Positions 19,498 to 30,007 are shown, numbered from the stretch's first letter. The stretch is 64,000 bases of DNA from Candidatus Doudnabacteria bacterium (GCA_019659055.1 JAIFWV010000001.1:6123-70122); one strand, 5' to 3'. The notes: a model not told the origin generated them from the sequence alone. Numbers and translations are program-made.

Positions 19498-19806
19498 TTA
19501 GGGAGTAGGGGGAAGGGAAGACAAAGGGGGTTGCTGCTCTGCGGTGCCCTTGTCACTTCGTTCTTTGTTTCCCTTTTTGATTAAATAAGCAAACAAGGCA
19601 CCAGGGTTTTTTGTGGATTTGGATTCGAGAACCTCTCCTGCGATCCTCCGAAGTACGGAGTGGTCGTACTTTATGGCCATCTTCAGGTACATACCAAAGT
19701 GCTTCTTGTCGCCGAACTTGGTTGCAAGCTCATCGGCTAGGGCATGAGATTCCGAATGTATGTGTTGTTCCGAGCGTTTTTGGTAAGGTTTGCCGGATAT
19801 TTCCAT
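19498..19806 (-). CDS. Hypothetical protein (helical; NPGALFAYL motif)
   Basis: ORF upstream of def; TGcTAGAAT -10 is 7 nt before ATG 19806. Confidence 0.65.
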   Translation of the reverse strand: MEISGKPYQKRSEQHIHSESHALADELATKFGDKKHFGMYLKMAIKYDHSVLRRIAGEVLESKSTKNPGALFAYLIKKGNKERSDKGTAEQQPPLSSLPPTP

Positions 19807-19849
19807 ATGCATTATTCTAGCATTTTTGTGCTATAATTTGAAATAGATT

Positions 19850-20383
19850 ATGCGCATTTTTACAGCCATCCCCATACCAAACGAGGTCAAAAATGCGCTC
19901 GTGGAACTCACGCGTGGGCGTCTTCCGATACCTTACATCAACATCACAAATCTCCACATCACTCTTAATTTTCTCGGCGACTTATTTACCGATGACTCAA
20001 ACAAGGCGCTGAAGATTTTCCCAACATTGGTAGGGGAGTATCGGGGTAAGTTCGAAATTGAATTCGACAAAATTGCAAATTTTCGCCAGCAGATTCACCT
20101 CACGGTAAAAAACAGTGAAACCCTTTTTGGTCTTCAACAAGATTTAGAGGCTGGATTCAAAACAGTTGGCTTGCATTTCCAAGATCAAAAATTTTACCCG
20201 CATGTGACTTTGGGCAAAATGCATTTGGACAACATTATGAATCGTAGCCGAAAGCTTGTGAATTTCCCTAACGAAGAACTGGCGCAACTAAATTTTACCG
20301 TGCAGAGCGTCGCGCTATTTGAGAGCAAACTGCTTCCGCATCATGCTCACCACACGCCGCTGGTAGAGGTACCACTCGTATGA
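19850..20383 (+). CDS. thpR: RNA 2',3'-cyclic phosphodiesterase (2H family)
   Basis: MRIFTAI start; HITL.FLG and PHVTLG 2H motifs. Confidence 0.88.
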   Translation: MRIFTAIPIPNEVKNALVELTRGRLPIPYINITNLHITLNFLGDLFTDDSNKALKIFPTLVGEYRGKFEIEFDKIANFRQQIHLTVKNSETLFGLQQDLEAGFKTVGLHFQDQKFYPHVTLGKMHLDNIMNRSRKLVNFPNEELAQLNFTVQSVALFESKLLPHHAHHTPLVEVPLV

Positions 20384-21111
20384 AAATAGATATCGCAAAG
20401 GTCTTGGTAGATAATCTGACCAAAGAAGAAACCATTCGACGCCTCGATGAATACATTCAAACTGGCAAGCCACATTATGTTGTGACCACTTATTCAGAAT
20501 TTGTTGTTTTTGCAAACAGAGACCAGCGATATCTGGAGGTACTGAATAAAGCTGACCTTTCGATACCTGACGGGATTGGAGTAGTCTGGGCTGGGAATTT
20601 TTTGTCAGGTAAAAAATTAATTCCAGAAAAAGTGTCTGGGTCAAGGTTGATTTGGGATGTTACTAGACTCGCTGCGGACAAGAACTATTCCATAGCCTTG
20701 GTTGGAGGCGAAAATTCGGTAGCGGCTCAGGCCGCAAACAAACTCAGAGCCGCTTATCCAAATCTTAAGGTCAATTTATCGCTTTCGGACAATACATTTG
20801 ACGAGCAGTTAGTAAGGCAGATTGCCAACTCGAATTCTGATATACTGTGTATAGCTTACGCTCCACCCAAGCAAGAGATTTGGATTGCCAAAAATCTTTC
20901 CAAACTAAACGTAAAAGTAGCTATAGGCCTTGGAGGAACGTTCGATTATTTGGCAGGTAAACGCAAATACGCACCGGATTGGATGGTAGGCCTTGGGCTT
21001 GAGTGGCTCTTTCGGCTTATTACCCAGCCTTGGCGCATCAAACGAATGTGGAATGCGATTGTTGTTTTTAGTTTCATAATTCTCAAATATAAATTTCATG
21101 GCAAAAGTTAG
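20380..21111 (+). CDS. WecB/TagA/CpsF glycosyltransferase
   Basis: DLSIPDGIGVVW, PKQEIW, GLGGTFD, AP.W...LGLEWLFRL..QPWR. Confidence 0.9.
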   Translation: MKIDIAKVLVDNLTKEETIRRLDEYIQTGKPHYVVTTYSEFVVFANRDQRYLEVLNKADLSIPDGIGVVWAGNFLSGKKLIPEKVSGSRLIWDVTRLAADKNYSIALVGGENSVAAQAANKLRAAYPNLKVNLSLSDNTFDEQLVRQIANSNSDILCIAYAPPKQEIWIAKNLSKLNVKVAIGLGGTFDYLAGKRKYAPDWMVGLGLEWLFRLITQPWRIKRMWNAIVVFSFIILKYKFHGKS

Positions 21112-22543
21112 AACTAGATTTGCACCAAGTCCCACTGGATTCCTACATGTAGGCGGTCTGAGAACCGCCTTGTTTGCATTTTTGTTTGCTCGAAAAAACA
21201 ATGGTGAATTCGTATTGCGTATCGAAGATACCGACAAAGCCAGGACGGTTGAGGGAGCAGCAGAAGGAATCATCACGAGCTTAAAGGAGTTTGGGCTGAA
21301 TTTTGACGATGGCCCGATTTTCCAATCCGAAAGGTTATCGTTATACAAAAAATATGCCGAGGAATTGGTCTCCAAGGGTGATGCTTATTATTGTTTCTGC
21401 ACACCTGAACGCCTTGATGCGCTCCGCAAAGGACAAGAAGCTGCAAAGCACGCTCCCAAGTACGATAAACACTGCCTGAATTTGGCTAAAGATGAAATTG
21501 AGACAAGAATCTCATCGGGCGAACCTCACGTCATCCGTCTAAACGTCCCTGCCGCCAAAACTATTCGCTTCACGGATTTAGTCCATGGTGAGATATCGAT
21601 CTCAAGCAATGATTTGGATGATCAGGTTTTGCTTAAATCCGATGGCTACCCCACATACCATCTTGCGGTGGTAGTGGATGATCATGACATGAATATCACA
21701 CATGTCATACGGGGCGAGGAGTGGATTCCATCGACGCCAAAACATATTTTATTGTACTCGGCATTTGGCTGGGAATCACCCCAGCACGCACATTTACCGT
21801 TGCTTCTTTCCAAGACCAAGAAAAAATTATCTAAACGTGACGGAGACGTTGCGGTGAAGGATTATCTAGAGAAAGGCTATCTACCAGAAGCCATGCTCAA
21901 CTTTGTGGCGTTCCTCGGATGGAACCCAAAAACCGAACAGGAAGTATTTAGTTTGGGCGAGCTTATTGAAGTTTTTGGATTCGACAAAGTAAACAAGTCA
22001 GGAGCCGTGTTTGATCTGGACAAACTCGACTGGATCAATGGCCTCTACATCCGTAAACTCACAATAGAAGACTTATTCGCACGAATTAGCCGGTACTTGA
22101 CGGAAGCCGGAATTGACCTTGGAAAGTACCCGCAAGAATTTATCTTCAAAGTCTTAAACCTCGAGCGAGAACGGCTCAAGAAATTTTCCGAGATAGGGGA
22201 GAGAGTACAGTATTTCTTCAAGGAACCAGAATACGGCCCTGCCCTCTTGATCTGGAAAAAGGGGAGTAGGGAAGGGACGAAAACAAGTTTAGCGAAACTG
22301 TCCGAGTACCTAAAGTCGCTTGATCAATCTGAATTCAATACCGGGAACTTAGAATCCAAAATTAAATCCTGGATTGCTGAAGACAATCTCACAACCGGAG
22401 AAGTCCTCTGGCCTTTGCGCGTGGCACTCTCGGGACTTGCGGCGTCCCCCGGCCCATTCGAGATTATGGACGCGTTTGGAGTACTACCAGAAGGCAAAGA
22501 AATAATTCTTAAGCGTATACAAAACGCCAGCAATTTGTTGTAA
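21098..22543 (+). CDS. gltX: Glutamyl-tRNA synthetase
   Basis: RTRFAPSPTGFLHVGG, LRIEDTD, KLSKR. Confidence 0.97.
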   Translation: MAKVRTRFAPSPTGFLHVGGLRTALFAFLFARKNNGEFVLRIEDTDKARTVEGAAEGIITSLKEFGLNFDDGPIFQSERLSLYKKYAEELVSKGDAYYCFCTPERLDALRKGQEAAKHAPKYDKHCLNLAKDEIETRISSGEPHVIRLNVPAAKTIRFTDLVHGEISISSNDLDDQVLLKSDGYPTYHLAVVVDDHDMNITHVIRGEEWIPSTPKHILLYSAFGWESPQHAHLPLLLSKTKKKLSKRDGDVAVKDYLEKGYLPEAMLNFVAFLGWNPKTEQEVFSLGELIEVFGFDKVNKSGAVFDLDKLDWINGLYIRKLTIEDLFARISRYLTEAGIDLGKYPQEFIFKVLNLERERLKKFSEIGERVQYFFKEPEYGPALLIWKKGSREGTKTSLAKLSEYLKSLDQSEFNTGNLESKIKSWIAEDNLTTGEVLWPLRVALSGLAASPGPFEIMDAFGVLPEGKEIILKRIQNASNLL

Positions 22544-22590
22544 CTTTGTGCTTTGCCGAACGTATTAATAAGTGGTAAAATTAATGCGTT

Positions 22591-23898
22591 ATGAATAGAC
22601 TTTTGAAACCAAATAATAAAGCAAGAAACGTACTTATTTCCGCGCTCATACTGGCAGTTGCGGGTTTTGCGTATTTGCATGATCCGGGGGCCAGAAGCGC
22701 TACTATAGACGACCTCAATGCCCAGAAACAGTCAGTTCAGCAGAAAATCAACTCACTAAACGCTAGAATCAAGGATTACCAGAGCCAGATCAATGCTGTG
22801 CAGAAACAAGCCAATACCCTCAAGAACCAAATCAGCATACTTGATTTGCAGATTACCTCGACTCAGACCCAGATTGAGGAGACAGAAAACAAAATCGACG
22901 CGACCAATCTTGAGATTGCGGATGTGACCAATCAAATAATCATCACCCAAAACAATATCGATAAGCAGAAAGAGATTCTCCGCGACCTCATAGGCCAGAT
23001 CAACGACATGGACCAGCGTTCGCCCCTCGAGATCGCTCTGGAAAACGATAACTTCACGGAATTTCTCAACGACCTACAATACACGACAAGTATTCAGGAA
23101 CGCAGTCAGGAGGCGCTCACTAAGATCAAAGCCCTGAAGGTTGATCTCGAGGAGCGCCAAGCCGAACTCAAAAAGCAAAAATTGGCTTTGGATGTTCTCA
23201 ATGATCAGCTCAACGAACAGAAAAACAATCTCAACACTCAGCGCGTATCCAAACAAGCCTTGCTTGACCAGACTCGCGGACAAGAAAGACAATACCAGAA
23301 ACTCCTTGCAATATCTGAAGCTGACCAAAAAGCGCTATTTGATGAAATCAATAATCTCGACGCTGAGATCGCCAAGAAGCTTGGCAACCGCAGGCTGCCT
23401 GGGATCAAAGGACTCTTTGCCTGGCCCATGGATGGTACTATGACCCAAGGGTATGGCAACACTGGATTTACAAGCTTGGGATACAGCTTCCACAATGGTA
23501 TAGATTTGGCCGCCGCTCCAGGCACTCCTATTTACGCCGCCGCCGATGGCACGGTACTGGGCACCGGTACTGGTAACGGAGCTTATGGCAACTGGGTGAC
23601 GATCAAACATCCGATGAGCGCCAAATACGGCAACCGCGCGCTAGTCAGTTTATATGGTCACATGAGCAGCTTCGTCCTCAAGCCGGGACAAACTGTAAAG
23701 CAAGGAGACCTCGTCGGCTTTGAGGGTAATACCGGTAACACCACCAGACTGCTATATGGCCCGCATAGAGGATACCACCTCCACTTCACAGTCTTCGATT
23801 TCGAAGGATACGGAGTGAACCCTGGTACCCTTACAAAACAATTCGGAAACTACAAAGTGCCATTTGGCGCCACATACAATCCCCTAGATTATCTCTAA
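22591..23898 (+). CDS. Coiled-coil plus M23 peptidase (EnvC/murein hydrolase-like)
   Basis: TM anchor; long coiled coil; HNGID, YGHM, HLHF Zn motifs. Confidence 0.88.
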   Translation: MNRLLKPNNKARNVLISALILAVAGFAYLHDPGARSATIDDLNAQKQSVQQKINSLNARIKDYQSQINAVQKQANTLKNQISILDLQITSTQTQIEETENKIDATNLEIADVTNQIIITQNNIDKQKEILRDLIGQINDMDQRSPLEIALENDNFTEFLNDLQYTTSIQERSQEALTKIKALKVDLEERQAELKKQKLALDVLNDQLNEQKNNLNTQRVSKQALLDQTRGQERQYQKLLAISEADQKALFDEINNLDAEIAKKLGNRRLPGIKGLFAWPMDGTMTQGYGNTGFTSLGYSFHNGIDLAAAPGTPIYAAADGTVLGTGTGNGAYGNWVTIKHPMSAKYGNRALVSLYGHMSSFVLKPGQTVKQGDLVGFEGNTGNTTRLLYGPHRGYHLHFTVFDFEGYGVNPGTLTKQFGNYKVPFGATYNPLDYL

Positions 23899-23916
23899 AA
23901 AGAGGGGAGAGGCAGA

Positions 23917-23946
23917 AAATAGCTCACCGACGTGGTGAGCTATTTT
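23917..23946 (+). terminator. Intrinsic terminator
   Basis: AAAATAGCTCACC/GGTGAGCTATTTT. Confidence 0.8.
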
Positions 23947-24190
23947 AATTTCTAATTACTAGTATCTAATTTCTAATCAGAGAAAATAGGGAAGCGGGAA
24001 CCGTAGATTTTACGATCAATATATTGTCGTAACAATCTACGGACGTTTTGCGACATCGATTAATAGTTTTGAATAAGTCGATGTCGCAAAAGGTATATTG
24101 TGCGACGTACTTCTATTCTCAAAATAGGCTTGTTTAAGCAATTTGACCACTTCTTCCCTAAGCCTCTATACTCTCCTACAAGGAGGCTTT

Positions 24191-24391
24191 ATGTACACAG
24201 TTGGTACAGAACCAGTAGACGGAACCCCCGAGAAGGTTCTCTCCTGGAAAATTCGTGAACATCCGCTGACTGTCGCCGAAGTCGTCGAGGCTGCTCGTCG
24301 TGAATTTCCTGGTACTCATGAGAGCGAACTCCATCTCTCCGTGAACCATCTCTTCACGGAGCCCACCATCGAGCTTCGCGACCCACTGTGA
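24191..24391 (+). CDS. Hypothetical protein
   Basis: AAGGAGG SD; TTGACC..TATACT promoter upstream. Confidence 0.65.
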   Translation: MYTVGTEPVDGTPEKVLSWKIREHPLTVAEVVEAARREFPGTHESELHLSVNHLFTEPTIELRDPL

Positions 24392-24427
24392 ACACTTTGA
24401 CCTGAGCATGTCCTTAAACTGCTTTTT

Positions 24428-24634
24428 TTGTTACCTTATACGTCGCAAAAGCCATGCTTGCGCGACCAATCGCAGAAGCTTAAATTGCGCGACAAGCTTC
24501 TATTCTCGGATGAATTTGGACGCTACCACAAAGTCTGTACGCGTTGTGGGTTTGATATACATTCTGCATACCTGACGTGTCCTGGTCCAACCATCAACAC
24601 TCTGCCAGCTACTGCGTTCTCATTCCGGAAGTAA
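24428..24634 (+). CDS. Small putative Zn-ribbon protein; start uncertain
   Basis: HKVCTRCG...C motif; terminator follows; weak TTG start inside a T7 run. Confidence 0.4.
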   Translation: MLPYTSQKPCLRDQSQKLKLRDKLLFSDEFGRYHKVCTRCGFDIHSAYLTCPGPTINTLPATAFSFRK

Positions 24635-24678
24635 TCCGATCACGCCGATATTTGCCATCGCGGCGAATGTCGGTTTTT

Positions 24679-25848
24679 TTATTCCCGGGCCAGGGTTGAT
24701 ATAACTTTGATTGCTTGTTTGATGTCTGAGAGAGAATTTTGCTTGCCGAGTGTCAGCCGGACTGTGGCGGCTTTGATGTCATTTATTTTGCCCAGAGCTC
24801 GGATTACATGCGATGGCTCAGCCGAGCCCGAAACGCATGCAGACCCGGTTGACGCCGCAATCCCTGCCAGATCGAGTTTGGACATCACGAGCTCGGAGTC
24901 TGCACCGAGGATGCTAAAGTTGACGTTGTCGGGCGCGCGCTGGTCGCCGGTTGGTCCATTGAGATCACAGCGATCGAATTGCGACAATTCGGAAATAAGC
25001 TTGTCGCGCAATACTGCTATCCTACGAGCAGCACTTTGGCGCTCCTCCAGGCTTCCCAGAAGCTGTATGGCTTTGGCAAAGCCGATGATGCCAGGAGTAT
25101 TCTGAGTGCCGGGACGCATGCCGTATTCTTGTGCGCCGCCAGTCATAAGGTTATCAATCGGCGTACCTGAGCGGATATACAAAGCCCCTATCCCCTTCGG
25201 GCCATTGATCTTGTGTGCGGAAATAGTCATAAGATCAACATTATTTTTCTCGACATTGAGATTAAAGTATTTGGCCGCTTGCACAGCATCGGTATGAAAC
25301 AAAATTGGGTGCTTGGCTTTGGCGTTGATAGCCTCCAAGGACTTACCTATTTCGCGGATCGGCAGGACCGACCCGATCTCGTTTGAGACATGAATCACAG
25401 AAATCAGGACAGTGTTGTCGGTAATGGCTTTGATGACGTCTGAAGCCTCTATCATCCCCTGCTTGTCGGGCTTGAGGTATGTGACATCAATAATTTTCCA
25501 GGACTCCATAAGCTTGAGAGTTTCATAAACTGACTGGTGCTCAATTGCCGTGGTGACGACATGGACTTTGGACCTGAGATTACGCAGAGCCGAACTTATC
25601 ACGCCACGCAGAGCGTGGTTATTGGCCTCTGTCGCACCCGAGGTAAAAATTATCTCCTGCGGCTTGGCGTTTATGAATTGGGCGATCTCCGCCCTGGCAA
25701 AGTCGATTTTAGCCCTGGCGCTCTGCCCTTCTCTATGTATGGAGTTGGGGTTGCCATAAAATTCCAATTCAAAATCGCGCATGGCTTTCGCTACGCGTTT
25801 ATCAATCGGGGTTGTTGCTGCATTATCCAAATAGATTCTTTTTACCAT
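24679..25848 (-). CDS. iscS: Cysteine desulfurase (IscS/NifS class)
   Basis: YLDNAATT, GNPNSIH, FTSGATEAN, HTDAVQ, SAHKINGPKG, STGSAC. Confidence 0.92.
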   Translation of the reverse strand: MVKRIYLDNAATTPIDKRVAKAMRDFELEFYGNPNSIHREGQSARAKIDFARAEIAQFINAKPQEIIFTSGATEANNHALRGVISSALRNLRSKVHVVTTAIEHQSVYETLKLMESWKIIDVTYLKPDKQGMIEASDVIKAITDNTVLISVIHVSNEIGSVLPIREIGKSLEAINAKAKHPILFHTDAVQAAKYFNLNVEKNNVDLMTISAHKINGPKGIGALYIRSGTPIDNLMTGGAQEYGMRPGTQNTPGIIGFAKAIQLLGSLEERQSAARRIAVLRDKLISELSQFDRCDLNGPTGDQRAPDNVNFSILGADSELVMSKLDLAGIAASTGSACVSGSAEPSHVIRALGKINDIKAATVRLTLGKQNSLSDIKQAIKVISTLARE

Positions 25849-25857
25849 GAAGTAGGG

Positions 25858-26220
25858 TTACCTTGAAGATTTAATAAATCCTGCGGCTTTGGCCTCGGCT
25901 TCGGTATCAAAACAGGCTATGGGCCGTGTGGTTTTCTTGTAAAATACTCCTCCGGGCATGTGGTACTTGTGAGTCGAAGAGCCTTTGATTTTACCTTCGC
26001 AATTCAACGGCTCAGACGGGGTCTGAGCCGTTGAAACATCCGTTTGTGCCGCGGGCTTAGTTTGGGTATAATTAGAGCTAGCAGAAACAGATGGCAGTTG
26101 AGCGTCGTTTAGAGGCTTTGAGTTGATAGATTTGCCTCCATAAAAGCCGATTGCAGCCACTGCCACCAAGCCTAGACTCAGGGCGATTTTTTGTTGATAG
26201 GCTTTAAGATTTTCAATCAT
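25858..26220 (-). CDS. Membrane-anchored protein with C-terminal IKG..KYH.PGG..Y...F.TE.EA..AGF domain
   Basis: TM helix, linker, then Ada-like/nuclease-associated C-terminal module; start at MIENLK. Confidence 0.7.
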   Translation of the reverse strand: MIENLKAYQQKIALSLGLVAVAAIGFYGGKSINSKPLNDAQLPSVSASSNYTQTKPAAQTDVSTAQTPSEPLNCEGKIKGSSTHKYHMPGGVFYKKTTRPIACFDTEAEAKAAGFIKSSR

Positions 26221-27576
26221 ATGTTTCAATACGCATTTATTTTGGGAAGGGTCTATACCATATCTCTGGCGGAATTGCTGGCGGTTTTGGATAATCTTTC
26301 TGTCGCCTACCGCGTCGCGGCCTGCTCCCCGGAAGTCGTGGTTATCGAGTGTGAAAAGCAACTAGATGCGGTCAAACTCCAGGCCCGCCTGGGTGGCGTT
26401 ATCAAAATTATACGCCTTTTTGATACTTTTCAAAAGAAGGGCAAGGAATTCCCGTCTCAAGTCCTGACTAATTATTTTACCTTCAAGCGCATAAACGAAT
26501 ACTTTCATGATTATACCGGCAAAAAGCAATTTGGCGTATCGATTTATGTCCTCGACCCTACCCTGCACTTTCGTGACGAATCTCAACGCATCGCATTTCT
26601 TATAAAAAAAGTCTTGCAGGAGCAGGCCCAAAGTGTGCGCGCGGTGATCCCCCAGTTCCCGGCGCAATCGTTATCCTCGGTGCTCGTGAACGAAAATCAG
26701 ATCTTACAAAAAGGCGCTGAGATTGTGGTCATCTGCGGCAACCAAAAACTGTTCGTTGGTAAAACCCTTTGCGTGCAAAATTACGAAGATTATGGCCGAC
26801 GCGATTACCAGCGCCCGGCGCGCGACGAACATGCCGGCATGATCCCGCCCAAGGTCTCTCAGAGTATGATCAACCTTGCCGGACCGCTCAAGCCGCTTGA
26901 TTATGTCCTCGATCCTTTTTGCGGCTCAGGAACTATTCTTCAGGAATCCATCCTTATGGGCTTACGGGCTATAGGCTCGGATCTAGACCAAACCGCGGTC
27001 GAAAACAGCGAAAAGAATCTGGAATGGTTCCGCAACAGATATCATGTGCCTCCGAACCGATATAAACTCCTTCGTGCCCATGCGTCGGAAATCGGAAGCC
27101 AGCTTTCGAACTTCAAAGTTGCAGCAGTCGTAACAGAAGGCACACTTGGGCCAATCTATACCAAGCTCCCCAAGAAATCCGAAATAGATGCCAACTTCAA
27201 AACCTTAAGCAAACTCTACAGCCAGGTGTTCAAGGAGTTCAAAACCTTTCTCCCGGAAGGAGCCAGGGTCGTCATATGTCTGCCAGCCTATAAAGTCAGC
27301 CAAACCGACTATGAATTCATGGACAACCTTGACTTTGGGACCGAAAACGGGTATACTGTCCTAGATCCTATTTCTGAACCCTTAGCGCTTAAATACAAGT
27401 TTTTGAGGGTCACAGGCCGCAAAACTATGGTCTATGACCGTAAGGACCAGATCGTAGCCCGTGAAATAGTCATTTTTTATAACGGAATACCGAAAGTAGA
27501 AAGTAATCAGGAAACTGTAATAGAAGGCACGATCGTGCCGGAGACAGAATCCGGTGAAGAGGCAATTTCTAATTGA
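26221..27576 (+). CDS. TRM11-like SAM-dependent RNA methyltransferase
   Basis: RDYQRPARD..GMIPPK..MINL, LDPFCGSGT, GSD. Confidence 0.8.
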   Translation: MFQYAFILGRVYTISLAELLAVLDNLSVAYRVAACSPEVVVIECEKQLDAVKLQARLGGVIKIIRLFDTFQKKGKEFPSQVLTNYFTFKRINEYFHDYTGKKQFGVSIYVLDPTLHFRDESQRIAFLIKKVLQEQAQSVRAVIPQFPAQSLSSVLVNENQILQKGAEIVVICGNQKLFVGKTLCVQNYEDYGRRDYQRPARDEHAGMIPPKVSQSMINLAGPLKPLDYVLDPFCGSGTILQESILMGLRAIGSDLDQTAVENSEKNLEWFRNRYHVPPNRYKLLRAHASEIGSQLSNFKVAAVVTEGTLGPIYTKLPKKSEIDANFKTLSKLYSQVFKEFKTFLPEGARVVICLPAYKVSQTDYEFMDNLDFGTENGYTVLDPISEPLALKYKFLRVTGRKTMVYDRKDQIVAREIVIFYNGIPKVESNQETVIEGTIVPETESGEEAISN

Positions 27577-27644
27577 TCTAATTAAACTAATTGACCTAAA
27601 TCTTGTTTAGAAATTAGTAATTAGAACTTAGAAATTTTCGTGAT

Positions 27645-27929
27645 ATGGCTCATAAGAAAGCCGGGGGTTCTACAGCCTTAGGGCGCGACTCCCAATCCAA
27701 ACGACTTGGAATCAAATTATTCGGCGGACAATCCGCCCATGTGGGGTCCATACTCGTCCGCCAGCGCGGCACCAAATGGCACCCAGGCAAAAACGTTAAG
27801 CGCGGAAGCGACGACACTCTCTTTGCCCTTGCTGACGGAACTGTGAAATTCAGCTCCAAGAAAGTTCGCGGTTTCGACGGCGAACTCCACCAACGTAAGT
27901 TCGTCCACATAGTCAAAGCGACAAAATAA
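27645..27929 (+). CDS. rpmA: 50S ribosomal protein bL27
   Basis: [20 protein letters not shown]. Confidence 0.98.
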   Translation: MAHKKAGGSTALGRDSQSKRLGIKLFGGQSAHVGSILVRQRGTKWHPGKNVKRGSDDTLFALADGTVKFSSKKVRGFDGELHQRKFVHIVKATK

Positions 27930-27966
27930 GACCCGTGCAAACGGGTCTTTTGCTAAGGAGGTTTAC

Positions 27967-28299
27967 ATGAACGTCCCCTACTCAAACGCCGTGAAGCTGA
28001 GCCGGACAGAAGCACAGAAAATGGCGCTTAGCATCAATCTCGAGTCTCTCACGTCGATCCGGCTCGAATTCAACTGCTACTTCTTCGCCAAGATGGAGCG
28101 CAATGAACGGCAATACTACATCCGAGGCCAACGCTCGGATGTCGAAAAGCTGATCAACCGCCTAAAAGAAGGCCTCAAGGTTCTCCCCTCGGTGAAAGCG
28201 AGCGAAAATCGCCGAAACAGGCTGAGCGAAATCATCAAACGAGGCGAAAGGCTTGCCGAAGAGGTTTTGGAAAACAGGCTCGACGACCGCTTCGCCTAA
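27967..28299 (+). CDS. Hypothetical protein
   Basis: AAGGAGGT SD; bidirectional terminator at 28301-28335. Confidence 0.6.
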   Translation: MNVPYSNAVKLSRTEAQKMALSINLESLTSIRLEFNCYFFAKMERNERQYYIRGQRSDVEKLINRLKEGLKVLPSVKASENRRNRLSEIIKRGERLAEEVLENRLDDRFA

Positions 28300-28333
28300 C
28301 AAAAAAGGACTATCGTACTTACGGTAGTCCTTT

Positions 28334-30007
28334 TTACTTTTTCCTAGGCTTGCTCCTAGCCAATGCGGCTTTTATAAACTCCCGGAACAAGGGTCCTGGT
28401 GTCAGAGGTCTAGATTTGAATTCCGGATGGAACTGGACCCCGACGAAGAAGGGGTGATCAGCGTATTCCACAATCTCGACAAGTTGTTTATCTGGAGTCG
28501 TACCGGATATAACCATACCTTTGGCTTCTAGAATCTTGCGGTATTTATTGTTGACCTCATATCGGTGGCGATGCCGCTCTGAGATTTTATCAGTACCATA
28601 AGCCGCTTGGGCTTTGGTTCCGGGCTTCAGGATACATTGCCAAGCCCCCAATCGCATAGAACCTCCGTATTCGCGTTTGAGGAGCTTCTTTTCCTGCTCA
28701 GGCATGACGTAGATAACCTGGTGTTCGGCTTTTGGGTTGAATTCCATGCTATTTGCATCTTTGAGCTTGCAGACATTGCGCGCAAATTCAATCACGGCAA
28801 TTTGCAAACCTAGGCAAAGCCCTAGGTACGGGATTTTTTTCTCACGGGCATATTGCGCAGCCAAAATTTTGCCTTCGATTCCCCTTTTGCCAAACCCACC
28901 GGGCACGAGAATCGCGTCAACATTTTTGAGAGCTTCAGCCGCACCTCTTCTTGGTAATTTTTCTGAATCCACCCACTCGATATGTAATTCACAATCGTTG
29001 AAGAGGGCTGCGGACTTCAATGCTTCTGTTACGGAAAGGTATGTGTCTTTCATACCCATGTATTTGCCGACCAGCGCCAGGCGCAGTTTATTTTTCTTGG
29101 GCTTCTTGATCCGCGCCACCAAATTGGCCCATGAGCCATTCTTACGCTGTGTAACCTTGAGCTGAAATTTATTGATGATAAAGCTGTCGAGATTGTAGCG
29201 CTCGAGAATCAGCGGGACTTCATAAACTGTAGAGACAGTCTCAAGCGGAATAACAGCGTCCGGGTCCACACCGGCAAACAAGGCGATTTTGCTTATGATG
29301 CCGTTGCGGATGGGGTAATCGGATCGGCAGATGACCACATCGGGCTGAATGCCCATTGCCTGCAGGTCGTGGACGGAATTCTGCAAAGGTTTGGTCTTGA
29401 GTTCTTCGCTGACCGCAAGGTAAGGTACAAATCCAACATGGATGTACAAGACATTTTCTCGGCCGACATCGTAAACCATCTGACGAATGGCTTCTATAAA
29501 ATGCGTGCCTTCATAATCCCCGACCGTGCCTCCGATTTCGGTGATGAGGATATCGGCTTGTGATTCACGTGCGGCTTTCTTGATGCGCTCTTTGACTTCG
29601 TCGGTGACGTGAGGAATGACCTGAATGGTCTTACCGAGGAAGTACCCGGCGCGCTCCTTGTCCAAAATCGAGCGGTAGATCTGGCCGGTCATGACCGACG
29701 AGACACGGCTCAAGTTTACGTCTATAAAGCGCTCATAGTGGCCCAGGTCCAAATCCGTCTCCCCGCCGTCATCGGTCACAAAAACTTCGCCGTGTTCGGC
29801 CGGATTGAGGGTGCCGGCGTCAACATTGAGGTACTGGTCAAACTTCTGCATAAATACAGAAAAACCGCGAGCCTTAAGGATATTCCCTATTGATGCTGCG
29901 GTTATGCCTTTTCCGAGGCCAGAAAGCACGCCTCCGGTAACGAAGATATATTTGGTCTGCTTTTTTGAATTATTCGTGCTTCTCGACCTCGACTTTAACT
30001 TTGGCAT
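28334..30007 (-). CDS. pyrG: CTP synthase
   Basis: KYIFVTGGVLSGLGKG, GLCLG, RHRHRYE, QFHPE. Confidence 0.97.
   Translation of the reverse strand: MPKLKSRSRSTNNSKKQTKYIFVTGGVLSGLGKGITAASIGNILKARGFSVFMQKFDQYLNVDAGTLNPAEHGEVFVTDDGGETDLDLGHYERFIDVNLSRVSSVMTGQIYRSILDKERAGYFLGKTIQVIPHVTDEVKERIKKAARESQADILITEIGGTVGDYEGTHFIEAIRQMVYDVGRENVLYIHVGFVPYLAVSEELKTKPLQNSVHDLQAMGIQPDVVICRSDYPIRNGIISKIALFAGVDPDAVIPLETVSTVYEVPLILERYNLDSFIINKFQLKVTQRKNGSWANLVARIKKPKKNKLRLALVGKYMGMKDTYLSVTEALKSAALFNDCELHIEWVDSEKLPRRGAAEALKNVDAILVPGGFGKRGIEGKILAAQYAREKKIPYLGLCLGLQIAVIEFARNVCKLKDANSMEFNPKAEHQVIYVMPEQEKKLLKREYGGSMRLGAWQCILKPGTKAQAAYGTDKISERHRHRYEVNNKYRKILEAKGMVISGTTPDKQLVEIVEYADHPFFVGVQFHPEFKSRPLTPGPLFREFIKAALARSKPRKK

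Noticed and set aside
29970-30007. 38-nt overlap of rplI and pyrG
   Set aside because: Ordinary genome compaction; both proteins look intact
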